A stretch of 64,000 nt of DNA from Novakomyces olei (taxonomy: Eukaryota), in the NCBI GenBank assembly GCA_016906335.1, contig JADEYG010000003.1, positions 1,240,001 through 1,304,000 on the forward strand, in the 5' to 3' direction. Below, piece after piece: positions 36,059 to 49,374 of the stretch. A program made the position numbers and the translations under genes. Under the pieces are notes generated by a model. That model was not told the origin of the DNA, did not search any database, and saw only the letters and a program-made list of their open reading frames with translations. Every line of letters starts with the position of its first letter. Positions within the stretch are counted from its first letter, which is position 1.

Positions 36059-39000
36059 CTACAGTTTAAGCGGTTTCAGCCTTTTGAATGTACGTCCTCC
36101 CGGTCCATGGCCCTGTGGAGGCCGAAGTGTAAGAGGAACTTGCTGTTGCTCTACGCTGTTTTGCTCTTGAACCGGTCTCACGTCCGCTAAAGACACTCCT
36201 CTATTTGGTACAGCCAGCTTGTTCAAAGAAACAGTCGCGTTTAAAACCGGTTTCGGCATTTCTGGCCGACTGTATCTGACTTGGCAGCCCAAAGATCTGC
36301 TGCTGTCGTTCTCGGAGTATCGACGAGATATCGGTGAGTTGGCTTGACCAAATAATTCAACAACAGATTTATTCCTATTCCTTGACCCACCAAGCCCATT
36401 TTGCAATTTACCCAAGAAAGAACTGGGTGTGGCTCGGGGCACGCTTGGCCTTTGCTTGTACATTTGCAGTTTCGGGTCCATTTTGTCTGGTCGAGAGTCT
36501 AAATTGGAGGCCTTTATGATACGGAGCGGTGAGCCTGCACTGCCCTGTCGGTTCTGTACGTGTTCTAACGTAAGGCCTGTTGAGTCATCAAACGGGAAAA
36601 GCATTTCGTCAATTGATTCTCTAATGCGAGCGTCCTTTACAATCTCTTTGCTTCGGCCCAAGACACTCATTATATTTTCATAGAGCTGCCTATTTGCTAA
36701 TGGGCCCTGGTTAGAGGCAGAAAAGCCTCCACTTGTTATAAACGGCGAATGACTATTGAGCATGTTCATTATACTCACGCGTGGCCACGAGAGGTACAGT
36801 AAGGCTGTTGCTGTTAGCATGTGTAACAAAAATCTTGTGTTTTATATATATTTCTTAATTAATTAATTAATTAATTAATTGGTTGACTGATTCTGATTAT
36901 TTTTTGTTGTAATTATATACATATTTCATAAACCTTTTATTAACCTTTTCATACCTTGAGCCCTAGTCATGGCGACAAACAAGAGCCGCCTTTCTTCATC
37001 AACGTCTTCAGCCAGTGAATGTGGGTACTTTCCCTGCGCGACTCCGGGAATAAAAACAATCGGCCATTCCAAGCCTTTTGCGCCATGAACGGTGGAAATT
37101 GTCGCATATTTCTGTCCTCCATTTTCACCATTATTGTCGTTCTCATTAATTGCGTCCGTGAATAAGGTCACATCCTGTAAGAATCGTATTAGAGGAGACT
37201 CTGGTCGACGACGGCCTTCGACCCCATCAATTTCAGGCAGTTCATCTTCCTCCTGCCGGCCTTGAGCAGACTCGTAATACTTCATGCCTTGTTCGGCTAA
37301 TTGCTGCACGTTCTCCCGCCTTGCTTCCAGTTCCATAGGGTCCTTGTGCTTTTTGGCCAGGTAGCCTCCGTAGTTCAGGCCGTCCATTATATAGGCAATA
37401 AGATCCGATACAGAATGGCCATTAGCATCAAGCGCTCGCATGGATTTTATACCCTCCACAAACTGGGCGACTCCGCTACGTGCTGCTCCAGCACGTAGTA
37501 CTCCATTGCAAAGTGACTCGAGCACCTGAATAAGGCCATTATCATCGGCAGAATCATTTTTTGTAATGTTTTCCTGCACGAAATCAATGATATCATTTAA
37601 ACTTTTTTTCCCAATGCCTCGTGTGGGCACATTAAGGACACGGGTGGCAGAGTAAAAATCGTTGAAGGCTACAACTTTAAGGTAGGCTAATATATCCTTA
37701 ACCTCCTCCCGATCGTAAAACTTGAACCCTCCGACCATGCGATAGGGGATATTCCGGGCAGACAATTCCATCTCAATTGGGCCTGTCATAGAAGCAGCCC
37801 GGACGAGGATAGCAAAACTGTCGAAAGAAAAGTTGGGCAGGTTTAATAGCCTTTTAATTTCGCGAGCAATCCAGGCCGCCTCCGTCCTTGGCTCACGTAA
37901 ACAGCGCAGAGTCAGGGGAGCACAGGAAGGGTGAGTGGAATATATCCGTTTTTCTGCCCTGGATTTATCCTGTTCTATTAGCCCGAGGGCAGAGGCAACG
38001 ATAGAGCTGGTTGACCGGTAGTTTTGCCCGAGAACATGAACGTGGACGCTATCTAACTCGTCTTTTAGCCGGTAGATATTCCGAATTTCCGCTGATCTAA
38101 ACCCATAGATCGACTGATCCGGATCACCGACTACAGTAAGCTCTTTGCCCGTGCGTATTAATGCCATCAGCAGCGAATATTGGGCTGCATTTGTATCCTG
38201 AAACTCGTCTACCAGTACATGGCGAATATTGCCGACGCATTCGGGAAACCTGCGAACAAGCCGATCGAAATAGCCGATAAGATCATCAAAGTCAAGAGCG
38301 TTTTGATCCTCCAACTCTTCCTGATACTTACTGTACACAGAAAGTAATCGACGAGAGGCATGGGCAGTAGCGCGGTACGCGTCGACACTTATACTTTGGG
38401 CTTTGAGTTGAGAGATACGGTAAAGCATTTCTTTTGCCGTTTTCGCGTCGGAAGCTGCTTTACCGGACGGCCCGTTTGCCCCTTCGCCTTGCGTTTCCGA
38501 TACATTGGATAAAATACGCTGAACTAATGCTTTACTGAAATCTGCGTCTGCAATAAGGAACGACTGTGGTACGCCAATCATGCCTCCATACTTGCGCAAG
38601 TACCGTGCCGCCACAGAGTGGAAAGTACCTAGCTTGTCAGCTCGTTCAAACTTTGACGAATAATCGAAAAACAAGACAAGCATACCTCCTATGATCGCCT
38701 GATCTTTGACCAGTCTTGATATTCTGGAAGATATCTCTTTGGCCGCTTTGTTTGTAAACGTGACCACCATTACGTCCTGTGCATTATAGTTTTTAGAACC
38801 GATTAAATACGCGACGCGTGTAGTAAGCACGCGTGTCTTGCCTGAACCAGGACCGGCTATGTTTGTCAGACATTGGATCAAAAGTTAAATAAATAAATTA
38901 ATAAAATAAAATAAAATAAAATAAAATAAAATAAAATAAAATAAAATAAAATAAAATAAAATAAAATAAAATAAACAGCAGAAACCAAAGTAAACAACAA

Positions 39001-39268
39001 CGAGAAATGTCGAGTTGCCCAGGTTTTCATGGCAATCACACATACCCATTATAAGGCTGTACTTGCCGGTTGATTCGACAGCGCTGAGCTGGGCTTCATC
39101 GAGCTGTGCCATTTGCTCTCGTAGTCCCGCCATTGACAGCGATGCGCTATTCCCGTTAATGCTCGATTGAGCAGCCTGCGACTCGGAATAGTCGGCACCA
39201 TTACCGCCCGGCAATTCTGGCTCGTCATCGTCGGACAACACGTAAATCACGTGCTCGTCCATATTCAT
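36059..39268 (-). CDS. srs2: UvrD/Srs2-family 3'-5' DNA helicase; about 4 exons
   Basis: AGPGSGKT, TFTNKAA, GTFHS, VDEFQDTN, VGDPDQSIYGFR, QNYRS, STVHGAKGLEWP and EERRLLFVAMTRA motifs. Confidence 0.92.
38903..38974. repeat. (AAAAT)n microsatellite in srs2 intron 1
   Basis: Read directly. Confidence 0.92.
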
Positions 39269-40230
39269 GTCATTGTTTGGCAGCGGTGCGCCTACGCCTG
39301 TCCGCCAAGTGTTTGTTACGTAAATAATATGATTAATTAAGTACTCGTTCTATCAATGTTACGCGTTTATCTTTGTTTACTATTCACTATTGCCCGCCCC
39401 GTACTTTGGACGGCAGTCCATATAAAATTAGTCAAGTGGACACTATATAACTTTTATTTAACTAACTGTTCATTTGAAATAATTACTTTCTTTACATGGA
39501 TAATTCGGTCTCTACATTACTCACTGAACTCTCGTCTAAATTCTATATTCTGTCTTACCAGATATATATTTTATATTCAAATTGAATAATATATATATCA
39601 CTGACAGCGCCTCAGAGCCTTTGGAGGACCTTTATCATTCTTTCTATTATCATTCTTTCTAAAGTCAGATAGTTAATATCAATTCGAACTCGAAACAGCT
39701 TTAATAATTCAACAAAATTAAACACTATAATTAATTTAGAGCCATAGTGTGAGTCATGTATGTCTAACTTGCGCAAAGTTACTTTTCACGTACTTTGACA
39801 GGTCCGAAATAACGAAAATGGGTTTTACACATTAAAGATTTAAACCGCTCGCTCACTCGCTTCGTACTGCCATTTATTTACATCAGCGCTTCGTGATGAT
39901 TTGCGGGAACAGCGGCAGATGCGGATAAATCGACCCGTCAGAGCGGAATGCCAAGATCACCCGGTCGTCTACTATTAAGCGCAACACCAATTGGCTCTTG
40001 ACACTGAGCAACAAACCAAACTGGCCACGCCTGATAAGGCTCAAGCCGTACGGCGATTGCGCTAAAAAGACACAGCGTTCGTTGCAAGGATCCACTTCAC
40101 TCGATTACAATAACCAGAAGGTCAGGCGACTGCCTTTTATTGTGTGCCTTTTGTGTGTTCGGCTCTTGCGCCGTTTACTGCTTTTGGGTTTTAACCATTT
40201 AGATTCCTTCGTTGCTTCAGAGCTATTGAA

Positions 40231-42051
40231 ATGGAGACGTCAATCGGCCTTTCGTCTATACACTGCAACAAAGGCGAAGTGCCTCCTCCGCTGGTGGGGG
40301 CGGCCGTGTGTGTTGTGGGTGACCAGGCGTACGTGTTTGGAGGACGGAAGATCAATTCTTCGACTATGCTAAATGACGTGTACGTGTTAGACTTGAAACA
40401 GTACGTTTGGCGGCGGTACAGGTCCACAAACTCGGGGCCCAGTCCGCGGTACTTTCATCAGATGAATCATTGGAAAGATTTCCTTGTCGTTTACGGTGGG
40501 ATGTCTACGGACGAGCAAGGCTCGCTCTGTGTATTAAACGATCTGTCCTTACTTTCACTGGAAACCTTGCAATGGAAGACTTTGTCTGCTCAAGAAGCCC
40601 AAGCGCCCGGGGTGCAAATGCCCCGGCCTGGCTATGCACATATCTCGGCAGTCTCTGCAAACAATCTCTTCGTGATGGGCGGGCAGGATATGCGGAACCA
40701 GTACTTGGACGAAATATCCGTTCTCAACCTCGAGTCTCTGAAATGGATCCATGTTGAGCCCTTCAGTATGACTCTGGGAGCCTATCGCTCTTCAGTCACA
40801 GCTGAACATTCAGATACTCGCAGCCCGGAAACTAATCTCGATGCTTTACGCACTGTCAAACCTCCACTCTACCAATCAAATGCTCGTGTTTCGTGGCCTA
40901 GTCGCGGCGACGCTTCCGGCTCTGAATCCAAAAACTCTTCAGCGACTTCTTCTACCGAATCAAGGCACGAAGAGTTTGCCACTTTTTCATCACTCGTTAT
41001 ATATTCTAATTACAATTTCAATAATGTACAGCGCGCACTAATAATAGCAACACCTTTGGCAGATTCAGGGCTGCAACTCGAATCAAAATCGGGGCAAATG
41101 GCGGGCATTGAGCTTCCACCGGGGCTAAGGTTCCCTAAACTTTCCTCACTCGGGGAAAACTTGATTGTTTCCGGGATCAATTTGGGTAGTGAGGTACAAG
41201 AGTTTAGTATTTGGGTCTTGAATTTCGAAGTTTACCAGTGGCGCCCACTCATGCGCAACGAGAGAATCTCTTACGGATCATGGAGCTGGGGCGCTCTTTA
41301 CCGCGAGCAAGAAAAATATATTATCTTTGGGAACGCTGAACGATCAATGGTCAAAGATTATAACGAGAGACGTATAAACTTTGATCATACTTTGGTCGTT
41401 GATCTAAACGCCTGCAAAGTGTTTTCCGGCCGTAAAGACGCACAAAATTTGTCGGTAACAAAACTTGGACGCGAGCTTTTGACGGACGAGGTCTTTTGTG
41501 ATATGGAATTGCTGACGCTGGATCAAGTTCGGCTTCCGTGTCTAACCAAAGTCCTTATCGCCCGCTGGCCGAGCTTTGTAAAGCGCCTACGGGAGTACCA
41601 CGATACAATATCTCTGGCAAAGACAGAGCGACAAGAAACACCGCTGTCCCCTCAATCTGCAATTACAACAAATACGGATGCTTCCACAGTGGGAAGCAAA
41701 AGTATTGAGCCTGCAGAATCTTCACTAGAATCTCCTACTTCTGGGTCCTTGGGCACGCTGACTCCTGCTTCATTTTACACTTTTTACCTTCCCTACCCTC
41801 AAGATACTTGCATTGCCCTGCTGCATTATTTTTACACTGGATTCCTGGACGAAAAATCCCGGTACTGTCCAGCGATACTCTCTAGTGTATTACACTTGGC
41901 CGCAAAAGACGCGACGCTCGGGCATTTAAGGCAGATTGTCGTAAGGCAGCTGATTGAGCTTCTTACAAAGGATAATGCCCCGACTCTATTTGCCACCGCT
42001 GCCTTGGTGAATGATGCCACCCTACTGCGAGCCTCTTCCGCGATGCTTTAA
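40231..42051 (+). CDS. ral2: Kelch-repeat plus BTB-like protein, Ral2/Mds3 family
   Basis: GEVPPPLVGA..YVFGG, PSPRYFH, YSNYNF..VQRAL, PPGLRFP, and C-terminal DME...VLIARWP and ALLHYFYTG. Confidence 0.82.
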   Translation: METSIGLSSIHCNKGEVPPPLVGAAVCVVGDQAYVFGGRKINSSTMLNDVYVLDLKQYVWRRYRSTNSGPSPRYFHQMNHWKDFLVVYGGMSTDEQGSLCVLNDLSLLSLETLQWKTLSAQEAQAPGVQMPRPGYAHISAVSANNLFVMGGQDMRNQYLDEISVLNLESLKWIHVEPFSMTLGAYRSSVTAEHSDTRSPETNLDALRTVKPPLYQSNARVSWPSRGDASGSESKNSSATSSTESRHEEFATFSSLVIYSNYNFNNVQRALIIATPLADSGLQLESKSGQMAGIELPPGLRFPKLSSLGENLIVSGINLGSEVQEFSIWVLNFEVYQWRPLMRNERISYGSWSWGALYREQEKYIIFGNAERSMVKDYNERRINFDHTLVVDLNACKVFSGRKDAQNLSVTKLGRELLTDEVFCDMELLTLDQVRLPCLTKVLIARWPSFVKRLREYHDTISLAKTERQETPLSPQSAITTNTDASTVGSKSIEPAESSLESPTSGSLGTLTPASFYTFYLPYPQDTCIALLHYFYTGFLDEKSRYCPAILSSVLHLAAKDATLGHLRQIVVRQLIELLTKDNAPTLFATAALVNDATLLRASSAML

Positions 42052-42562
42052 TGTTTATTTTTAAAAAAGAAATGACTGTTTAACAGTCAACCTGTACATG
42101 AAAAGATTGATTTAATCAAGTCAATCTATGTGTTTAGTGTCGATCACGTGCGTTTATTACAGAAAACCTTGGTCCTAGAAAAACAAAGTATATATTTGCT
42201 CTTTGTGTCAATACTCGAGTTGTCTATAACGCGTTGCAATGAATAGTGAATGCATAGTTTCAAGGACGCGAATTCAAGTTTAGTGTTCGCTATTAAACAT
42301 TTTAGTTATATTATATACAATTATTTACAGTATTTTGGTTTGCCTATATCAGCATACGGCAAAGAAAATATTCATACAATATACCACTATACATTTAGTA
42401 TGATACGATAGCAATTGTACGAACCGTTATAAATATATTGTGCAGTCCGTGAATTTGATGGCCCACATTTACATTGTAATTTATGTCATATTTCACAATA
42501 GCGAATAATACTGCGCACGTGCATGACGATAAATACGCGATGTGCAGTTGAGGCGGGCCAAG

Positions 42563-45509
42563 ATGAAGTTTGCCAAACATTTAGAAGGCAGCCTTGTTAT
42601 CGGTAAGTTTGGAAAGTGCTACAAAAGACTGACAGCTTTTTACAGAGTGGAAATCGCAGTATTTTGATGTAGGATTGTGGTATTTAAAACGGCGAGATGC
42701 TAAATATATGAACAGTACAAACGGGGCAAGAAGCTTTTGCGTAAAGTTGACTTGGAGACGCAAAAGAACGCCAAAGATGAAGGCGGCATTGTGCTGGACA
42801 ATGGGACTTCTGAGGAGGTAGAAAGGCTGCAACGCCGGGCGCCCTTCACAGCGCAAAATGACGAGTTTAATTCTGCCTCCGACAGAGAGTCCTCGACTGG
42901 TGTCGAAGGCTTTCGCAGCGGTGGCAAGAGCGCGAGGACGCGTAAAGCTGCTTCTGTCTCTGGTGCCTCAATTATACAGCACCAAATTCGTACTCCGGCT
43001 CAACGAGAGTTTATGGATTTTCTGTACTCGGAACTGTTGAAGATTGAGAGCTTTTATGTCGACAAGAAGCGGTCTATGCTCGACCGACTTCAGGAGATTG
43101 AGCTTCATTTAAACGAAATGAGACTGAGGAAGCCTTTGCACGTATGCGTATGCTTATTCTATGCGGGCGCTAATCCATAGACGGAGCGAGAAAACACTCA
43201 CAAAAGGATCCCGCACTTTCGTGCCGGCGCTATTCTAAACGAACGGTACTTGCAGGCAAAAGACACGCTGAGAACAACGTTTTCCCGTGACTATGACCCA
43301 TTTGCACCGCACTCTGTACGCGGCGAAAGCAGTACTACAACAGCCGCCCAGTATAAGCATGCTAAGCGGCGGATAGAGCAGGTATCTCGCCAAACTAGTT
43401 TTCCATTGTATCTGACCCCGAAAGGCTCTGTATGAGAATTACCATGAGATGGAATACTTGCACAACTACCGTTTCCTGAACCACCGCGCGTTCATGAAGA
43501 TTATGAAAAAGTTTGACAAAACGGCAGGTCTTAAACTCAAAGATATCTTCATCGAAGCCGAGGTCGATTCCGGTCCGTTGGGGGTAGTGGAAGATCTCGA
43601 AGAGGGAATGACCCGGGCCGAGAATCTCTACGCTACTGCTTTTGAGCGTGGGGACCGGAAAAATGCTCTCTCTCGTCTCCGCACACCAGAATCTTCACGC
43701 GTAATTTTCTAAAAACTTTTTTCCAAATTTTTTCTTCATGTTTTATGTGCTAACGGATTACAGAATTTCATATGGGTAATGTCAAGAGTGGGGCTGTATA
43801 TTGGCGCTTCAATACCGCTGCTTTTGGAGGGACTGGTATACTCTTTCCACGAATTTACACCCCAACGTCGAAGCTTTTTGCTGCAAGTCTGGGCCGGCCA
43901 TTTCCTTGTGATCCTTTTTCTTATACTTTTTGGCATTAACTGCATGATCTGGAGTGCCTGCAGGATAAATTATCAGTTTATTTTTCAATTCGAACATCGA
44001 AATCGGCTAGAGTATCAAGAATTTTTGGAGGTATATACATCAAAGGTCGTAGGTTCCTCATGCTAATCTGCGCTCTAGATCGCGTCTCTAATTTTGTTCA
44101 TATTCTCTCTGTTATTCTGGATGTGCTTTCGAGGGTTTTTCCCTTGGTTCGCTGTATATTATCCGGCCGTGTTTTTAGCTACCGCCGTTGTGATAGGGGC
44201 CAACCCGTTTTCTTTTGCTTACCGGTCCGCCCGGGGCTGGTTTTTGAATGCCAATGTAAGCGGCAATTATGATGAATTTATGACTAAAATCATGACCAGT
44301 TGCGACTGTTATTTTCCGGCCTTGTTGCTGTACGGTTTCAAGACTTTTTTCTCGGAGACCAGTTCAACAGTCTAGCTTATAGCATGGGGAATATCGAGGT
44401 ATCAATTTTTTTTTGGGCGGTTATTACTCATGTTTCTTTCCTTTTTTCTTTGGGCTCTTTCTAATTTTTCCTCAAAGATTAGATCGTTCTTGTAACACGC
44501 AGCTCTAACTAGCAACAGCTCTTTTTCTGCTTGTATGCCAAACACTGGCGGAACCCATCGGTTTGTAATTCTTCGCACTCCATGCTTTTAGGGTTTTTCA
44601 CGTGCCTTCCCGCAATCTGGCGTTTTCTACAGTGTACGAGGCGTTTGGCTGAAACGGGGGATCTTTTCCCACATCTTGCCAATGCTGGCAAATATACTTT
44701 TACCATTCTAAATTATATGATTCTGAGTTTTTGGAGACGAGCTGGAACAGGGAAATGGAAGATTGTATTTATTGTTTTTGCAACAATAAACTCGATTTAT
44801 TCTTGTGAGTTGTTACGAATTTCCATATTTCTCTGATTTAAACGGCTTTCTAACGGACAGCATGCTGGGACCTCGTGATGGATTGGTCACTATTTGAGGC
44901 TAATCCAAAATACCCTCTACTAAGACGCCACCTCGTTATACCGAGTCCTTATGTAAGTGTCCAGGTTTTGCTATCTATTATACTCACTTGTAGTTTTATT
45001 ATGTTGCCATGTTTCTTGACCCAGTACTACGATTTTCTTGGATTTTTTATGCTATATACCCACGAGACATCCAGCATTCTGCTGCGATTTCTTTTTTTAT
45101 TGCTTTAGCAGAAATTTTTCGGCGGTTCATGTGGAACATTTTCCGCGTTGAGAACGAGGAAGTTTACAATCGGCAACATTTGAAAGTTGTCCACCAAGTC
45201 AGTTTGCCCTATATGCACATACAGCCAAGCACGGTACAGGAGGCTTCGCCACCAAGCTCATCTGCTGCTTCCACGCGTGAAATGATCTCGTCTAGGCATC
45301 GCGAAGATTTTACTTCAAAGCCAGGAATGGATTGTACGGACATATTTTATTTATTTATTTATATTTATTTGTACCTATCAAACGCTGATTACCTAACTTT
45401 TCTAGATGGCGCTACTGGCAGTAATGAAGACGAAGACTATAGTTCTGACGACAATGAGCCCTCACAGCTGTCTAGTGCTTCCCAAGAGGCGTCAAACGCA
45501 CCTCGTTAG
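42563..45509 (+). CDS. syg1: SPX-EXS phosphate exporter (Syg1/XPR1 family); about 12 exons
   Basis: Spliced N-terminus MKFAKHL...EWKSQYFD-YKRGKK, then ELLKIESFY and LNHRAFMKIMKKFDK. EXS motifs DFFLGDQFNS, WRFLQC.RR, HLANAGKY, WDLVMDW and RRFMWNIFRVENE. Confidence 0.92.
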
Positions 45510-45826
45510 TGTTTGAATTAGTATATAAATTATTATATTATGGCCTTTTCAATAGTATTGTAAAATAAAAAGTACCTATTCAAGGTAAAATAGTAAACGC
45601 GACTCTCGTTGTAGTCAATTGGTTGTTTAGTCTAATGTCTCTACTTGGACGAGGACGGTTATTTATTAATTAATTATTTATTTATTTATTTATTTGATAA
45701 TCATCTGTGAATTTAATTTTAATTCAGTAATTTTGGTCTGTAGTTTATTGATAACATGGAGTAGTTGCATAAATTGTACATAAAAATACGATAATCTCCA
45801 TTGACCTGCACTCGCGAGAGATCACA

Positions 45827-46496
45827 ATGGCACAAAGCGAGATAATCCCGTCTGTGCCCTATGAATGTGTGCTTGAAAACGGTTTCAAGTTCACATTTTC
45901 ACAAACACTCAATGAGCTCGATGTTCAAGTGCCTGTGCCGGCGGGCACAAGGGGCAAAGACGTTAGCGTTGACATTAAACGTCGTCATCTTAGCGTTGGG
46001 TTAAAAGGCAAAGAGCCCCTAATAACTGGCGAAACTTTTAACGATATAAATGCAGACGATTCCTTTTGGACTGTCGGTGAGTGGGGCTTATAGTTGGAAT
46101 AATTTTATTTATTTTATTTTATTTTATTTTATTTTATTTTATTTTATTTTATTTTATTTTCTTTTCTTTTCTTTTCTTCTCAGTTTCTTCTGTTGCTAAT
46201 CTTCAGAGGAACAAAAGCTTATCGTAGTACATTTGGAAAAGTACAGTAAAGTTGAATGGTGGCCGTCCGTAATTAAGGGCCATCCGAAACTTGACGTAAC
46301 CAAAATACAACCGGAAAATAGTAAATTACACGATCTGGACGGCGAAACACGGGCGATGGTGGAGAAAATGATGTTTGATCAGCGTCAAAAGGAAATGGGG
46401 AAACCCTCAAGCGATGAGCTCAAAAAGCAAGAAATGCTAGAAAAGTTTATGAAGCAGCATCCCGAAATGGACTTTTCGAATGCGAAAATGATGTAG
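45827..46496 (+). CDS. nudC: Nuclear movement protein NudC (short fungal form); one intron at about 46077-46207
   Basis: CS domain plus [47 protein letters not shown]. The intron carries (TTTTA)n. Confidence 0.93.
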
Positions 46497-46652
46497 TATA
46501 TTTGTGATACCTCTTAATTATTTCATGCTAGTTGATGCGATATTGTTGCGTTCGAGAAAAGATTAGTAGACTATTACATTGAAATAAGTGCAAAAGTATT
46601 CGAAATATTAAATACATGCATCTACTATTGCTACTATACAAACATTGGATAA

Positions 46653-48584
46653 TTAATCCTCCCGCTTGTCGTCAACCCCTTTTTCATGAGTGTATCCTCG
46701 CGCAATTCCGTATCGCCCCTCAACCAATGGAGCAGGTGCCTCGCCTTGTTCTAATGCCTCAAGTCCCTTCCACGTCCTTGCCTTTAAATGCTCTGCGGCT
46801 GTACTGTACAAACTCCCATGTTTTAACAATGCTTGTTCTCCACGCTGTGTAATTTGCTGACTTTCATTTCCCTCTACTTCCATATCAACGTGACTGCGAT
46901 GTAAAGGCCTTGAATCATGAACAAATTTGCCTGTAACTACACTAAAATGAGGCTCATCATTGGCCTCGTCAAGAGTGTTAGTTTCTGTATTTAAAACTAA
47001 CCGCTCAAAGTCGGTGATCCATTCGTTCGTCCATCCCTGTTGGCCATCCAGGGCCAAACTGAGCTCGTAGGGTGTAACAATAGGCTGATAAAACATCGAG
47101 TTTTCCACTAGAGAGTTTTCCGGACAGCTTACGAGACAGTACACTTGCACTTCTTGGAAGTTGGCCAATTTGGCCGGATTCAGTTTCCCCATAACAAGGA
47201 TATAGGGTTTTTTACCTGCCTGTATAACTTTGGCTTTTAACGAATTTAGCACTTTGTTGTAATTACTCACTCCCAGGGTTCCCACAACGATACCAATCGT
47301 CCCGGCGTCACGAGCTTTCTGCATGGAAACGTACCTTCGTCTCAAGCGTCGAGAAGTATGCAATCCGCCTTCAGCAACTGCTTTTCGCACAGGATCGTAG
47401 CTGTGGATGCTGGGCACATGTGCATAATGGGTCATAAGCAATGTAGTATGCGTCTCGCTTTCCGGGCCAACGTAAAATACAGGGGTCGTGCTTTGCTTGA
47501 CTCCATACTGATCGTAAAGGTAGATCCGGCCTGAGAGCGATACAACAGAAGAAGACTGAGTGTCTTTTGCCGTAGAGTCTTGTCCTGTAGAGTTCTCAAC
47601 GCCTGGGCCTTTACGGCTCTCAGAGGCCGCAACTCTCGGTAAAGCAATGCCACCGTCTTTAGTTTCTTCCAGGCGCTTGCCAGAATCTTGCCGCCCATTT
47701 TTAGTCTTGCCCAAGCTTGAGTCTGTAACGGCAACCTCTTGCTCTTTCTTCCCTGATTCGCAAGTCTGATCCGTTTTTCTTTGATCTTGCTCTGTCCGCT
47801 GGCAGTCAACTATACAGTATCCCCGTTCTCTTAAGCGCGCATACAATTTCGACTGCGCATAAGAATAGACCGTGTCTATTACGACAAGAACGGGAACAGT
47901 CTTGTCCGGAAAAGTCTGTTCAAAAGACTCAACACAATTTTCTAGATCAATAGGTCTTTTCCCAAATATATACTGCACGGGGAGACGGGCAGTCGGACTC
48001 AAACAAGCCCGCCCATAATGAATAATCGCATCAGCATTCACGTGTTCTGCTGCTACTTCATCGACACAACATGATCCATACGAAGTGTCCGCTAAGATAA
48101 ACGTTTCAACCTTATTCTTTGATAGGCTTTGCGCTACAAAGGCCGAGTCGCGCAGCAGTTCATCAGGGAACTGTAAGGCTACCTAGACGATTAGAAGACG
48201 GTCGCCCATGTGCTATTCTAGCTTGTTTGTTTGTTTGTTTGTTTCTTTTTTTTTTTTTTAATTTTTTTTTTCAGGCCAATATTCTTTTCCTTGTCTGAAA
48301 CTATTCCGATATTTGTCTATTTTATCGCCTTTGTTTCGGTTCATGTTCGTTTTACTCTGTATTCATGTTTATCACTTTCTTTCTATATTCCTTCTTTTTT
48401 TCTTTTTGTTTTCACTTACCCTCTTGAATTGATTCTTATCGATCCAATCACGGCTTTTCCCAATCTCATAGTAATCTGTAGGATCAGCGTCTAAAGCATG
48501 CGCGCTCGCGTCGCCAGCAGTAATGTGTTGCTCGATCGTCCGCTCTGCGTCATCGGAAAATGGCAGAGCAGTATTAACCTCCAT
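46653..48584 (-). CDS. dph2: Diphthamide biosynthesis protein Dph2; one intron at about 48418-48183
   Basis: YYEI...KR-VALQFPDELL.DS, ILADTSYGSCCVDEVAAEH, HYGRACLS, GKLNPAKLANF, and C-terminal RTWKGL...EGRYGIARGY. Confidence 0.92.
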
Positions 48585-48647
48585 CTATTACCTCATGCTT
48601 TTTACAAACTGTGGTTTTTTGGTATATTTAAAGAATATATTTGAAAG

Positions 48648-48722
48648 AATAATATTTAAAAAATAATATTCAAAAATAATATTTAAAAAATAATATTCAA
48701 AAATAATATTTAAAAAATAATA
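48648..48722. repeat. AT-rich tandem of alternating AATAATATTTAAAA and AATAATATTCAAA units (27-bp period)
   Basis: Read directly; immediately upstream of dph2. Confidence 0.85.
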
Positions 48723-49374
48723 CTTGGTGATAATAGCCGAGTTTGTCATGCGTTTTATGCCATTATCTCTTATCGCTATAATAATAATCGACCTGGAAAT
48801 CACGGCGCAGACACGAAACGAGATCAGATAATATACCGCAAAATGGGCCAACGAAAAGCATTTTGACTTGATTTGAACGCACAGTTTTGCTTCTCAAGTG
48901 GCTCATTCACCATTTCAAGCTTTTGCGTCAATTCTGTGAAATACAATGCTTATAGAACTGCACAAGGGTGACCAAGTATTGTTGATCGTTGGGTAGCGAG
49001 TGCGACTACGAGTATTCCAGATCAGCGAGGAGAGTACATTTGTTTTGCAGACGTTTAAGAGCAAACCAAGCTCCGATTTATACGCACTAAATCCCTAAAT
49101 TAGAGGAAGAACGATCAAGCGAAAAAGCAACCGATTAAAGACGGCTGACTACACTCGTACCCTACATACACGGTATACAGAGGCAGTTGGCAAGCGGAGA
49201 AGAGCAGTGCTGAAACCTTCACGACTGAGCAGGTTTTAAATATTGAGCTAAATCCACTCTGTTGCTACAAACTGCCCCGGCTGACTACGGGTTTAGTGCG
49301 GCTACATACATCTCCCTTCCTCTCTCAACTTTACTTATATTGAATATTTGTTTTTAAAGCTCCAAACGACTTTT

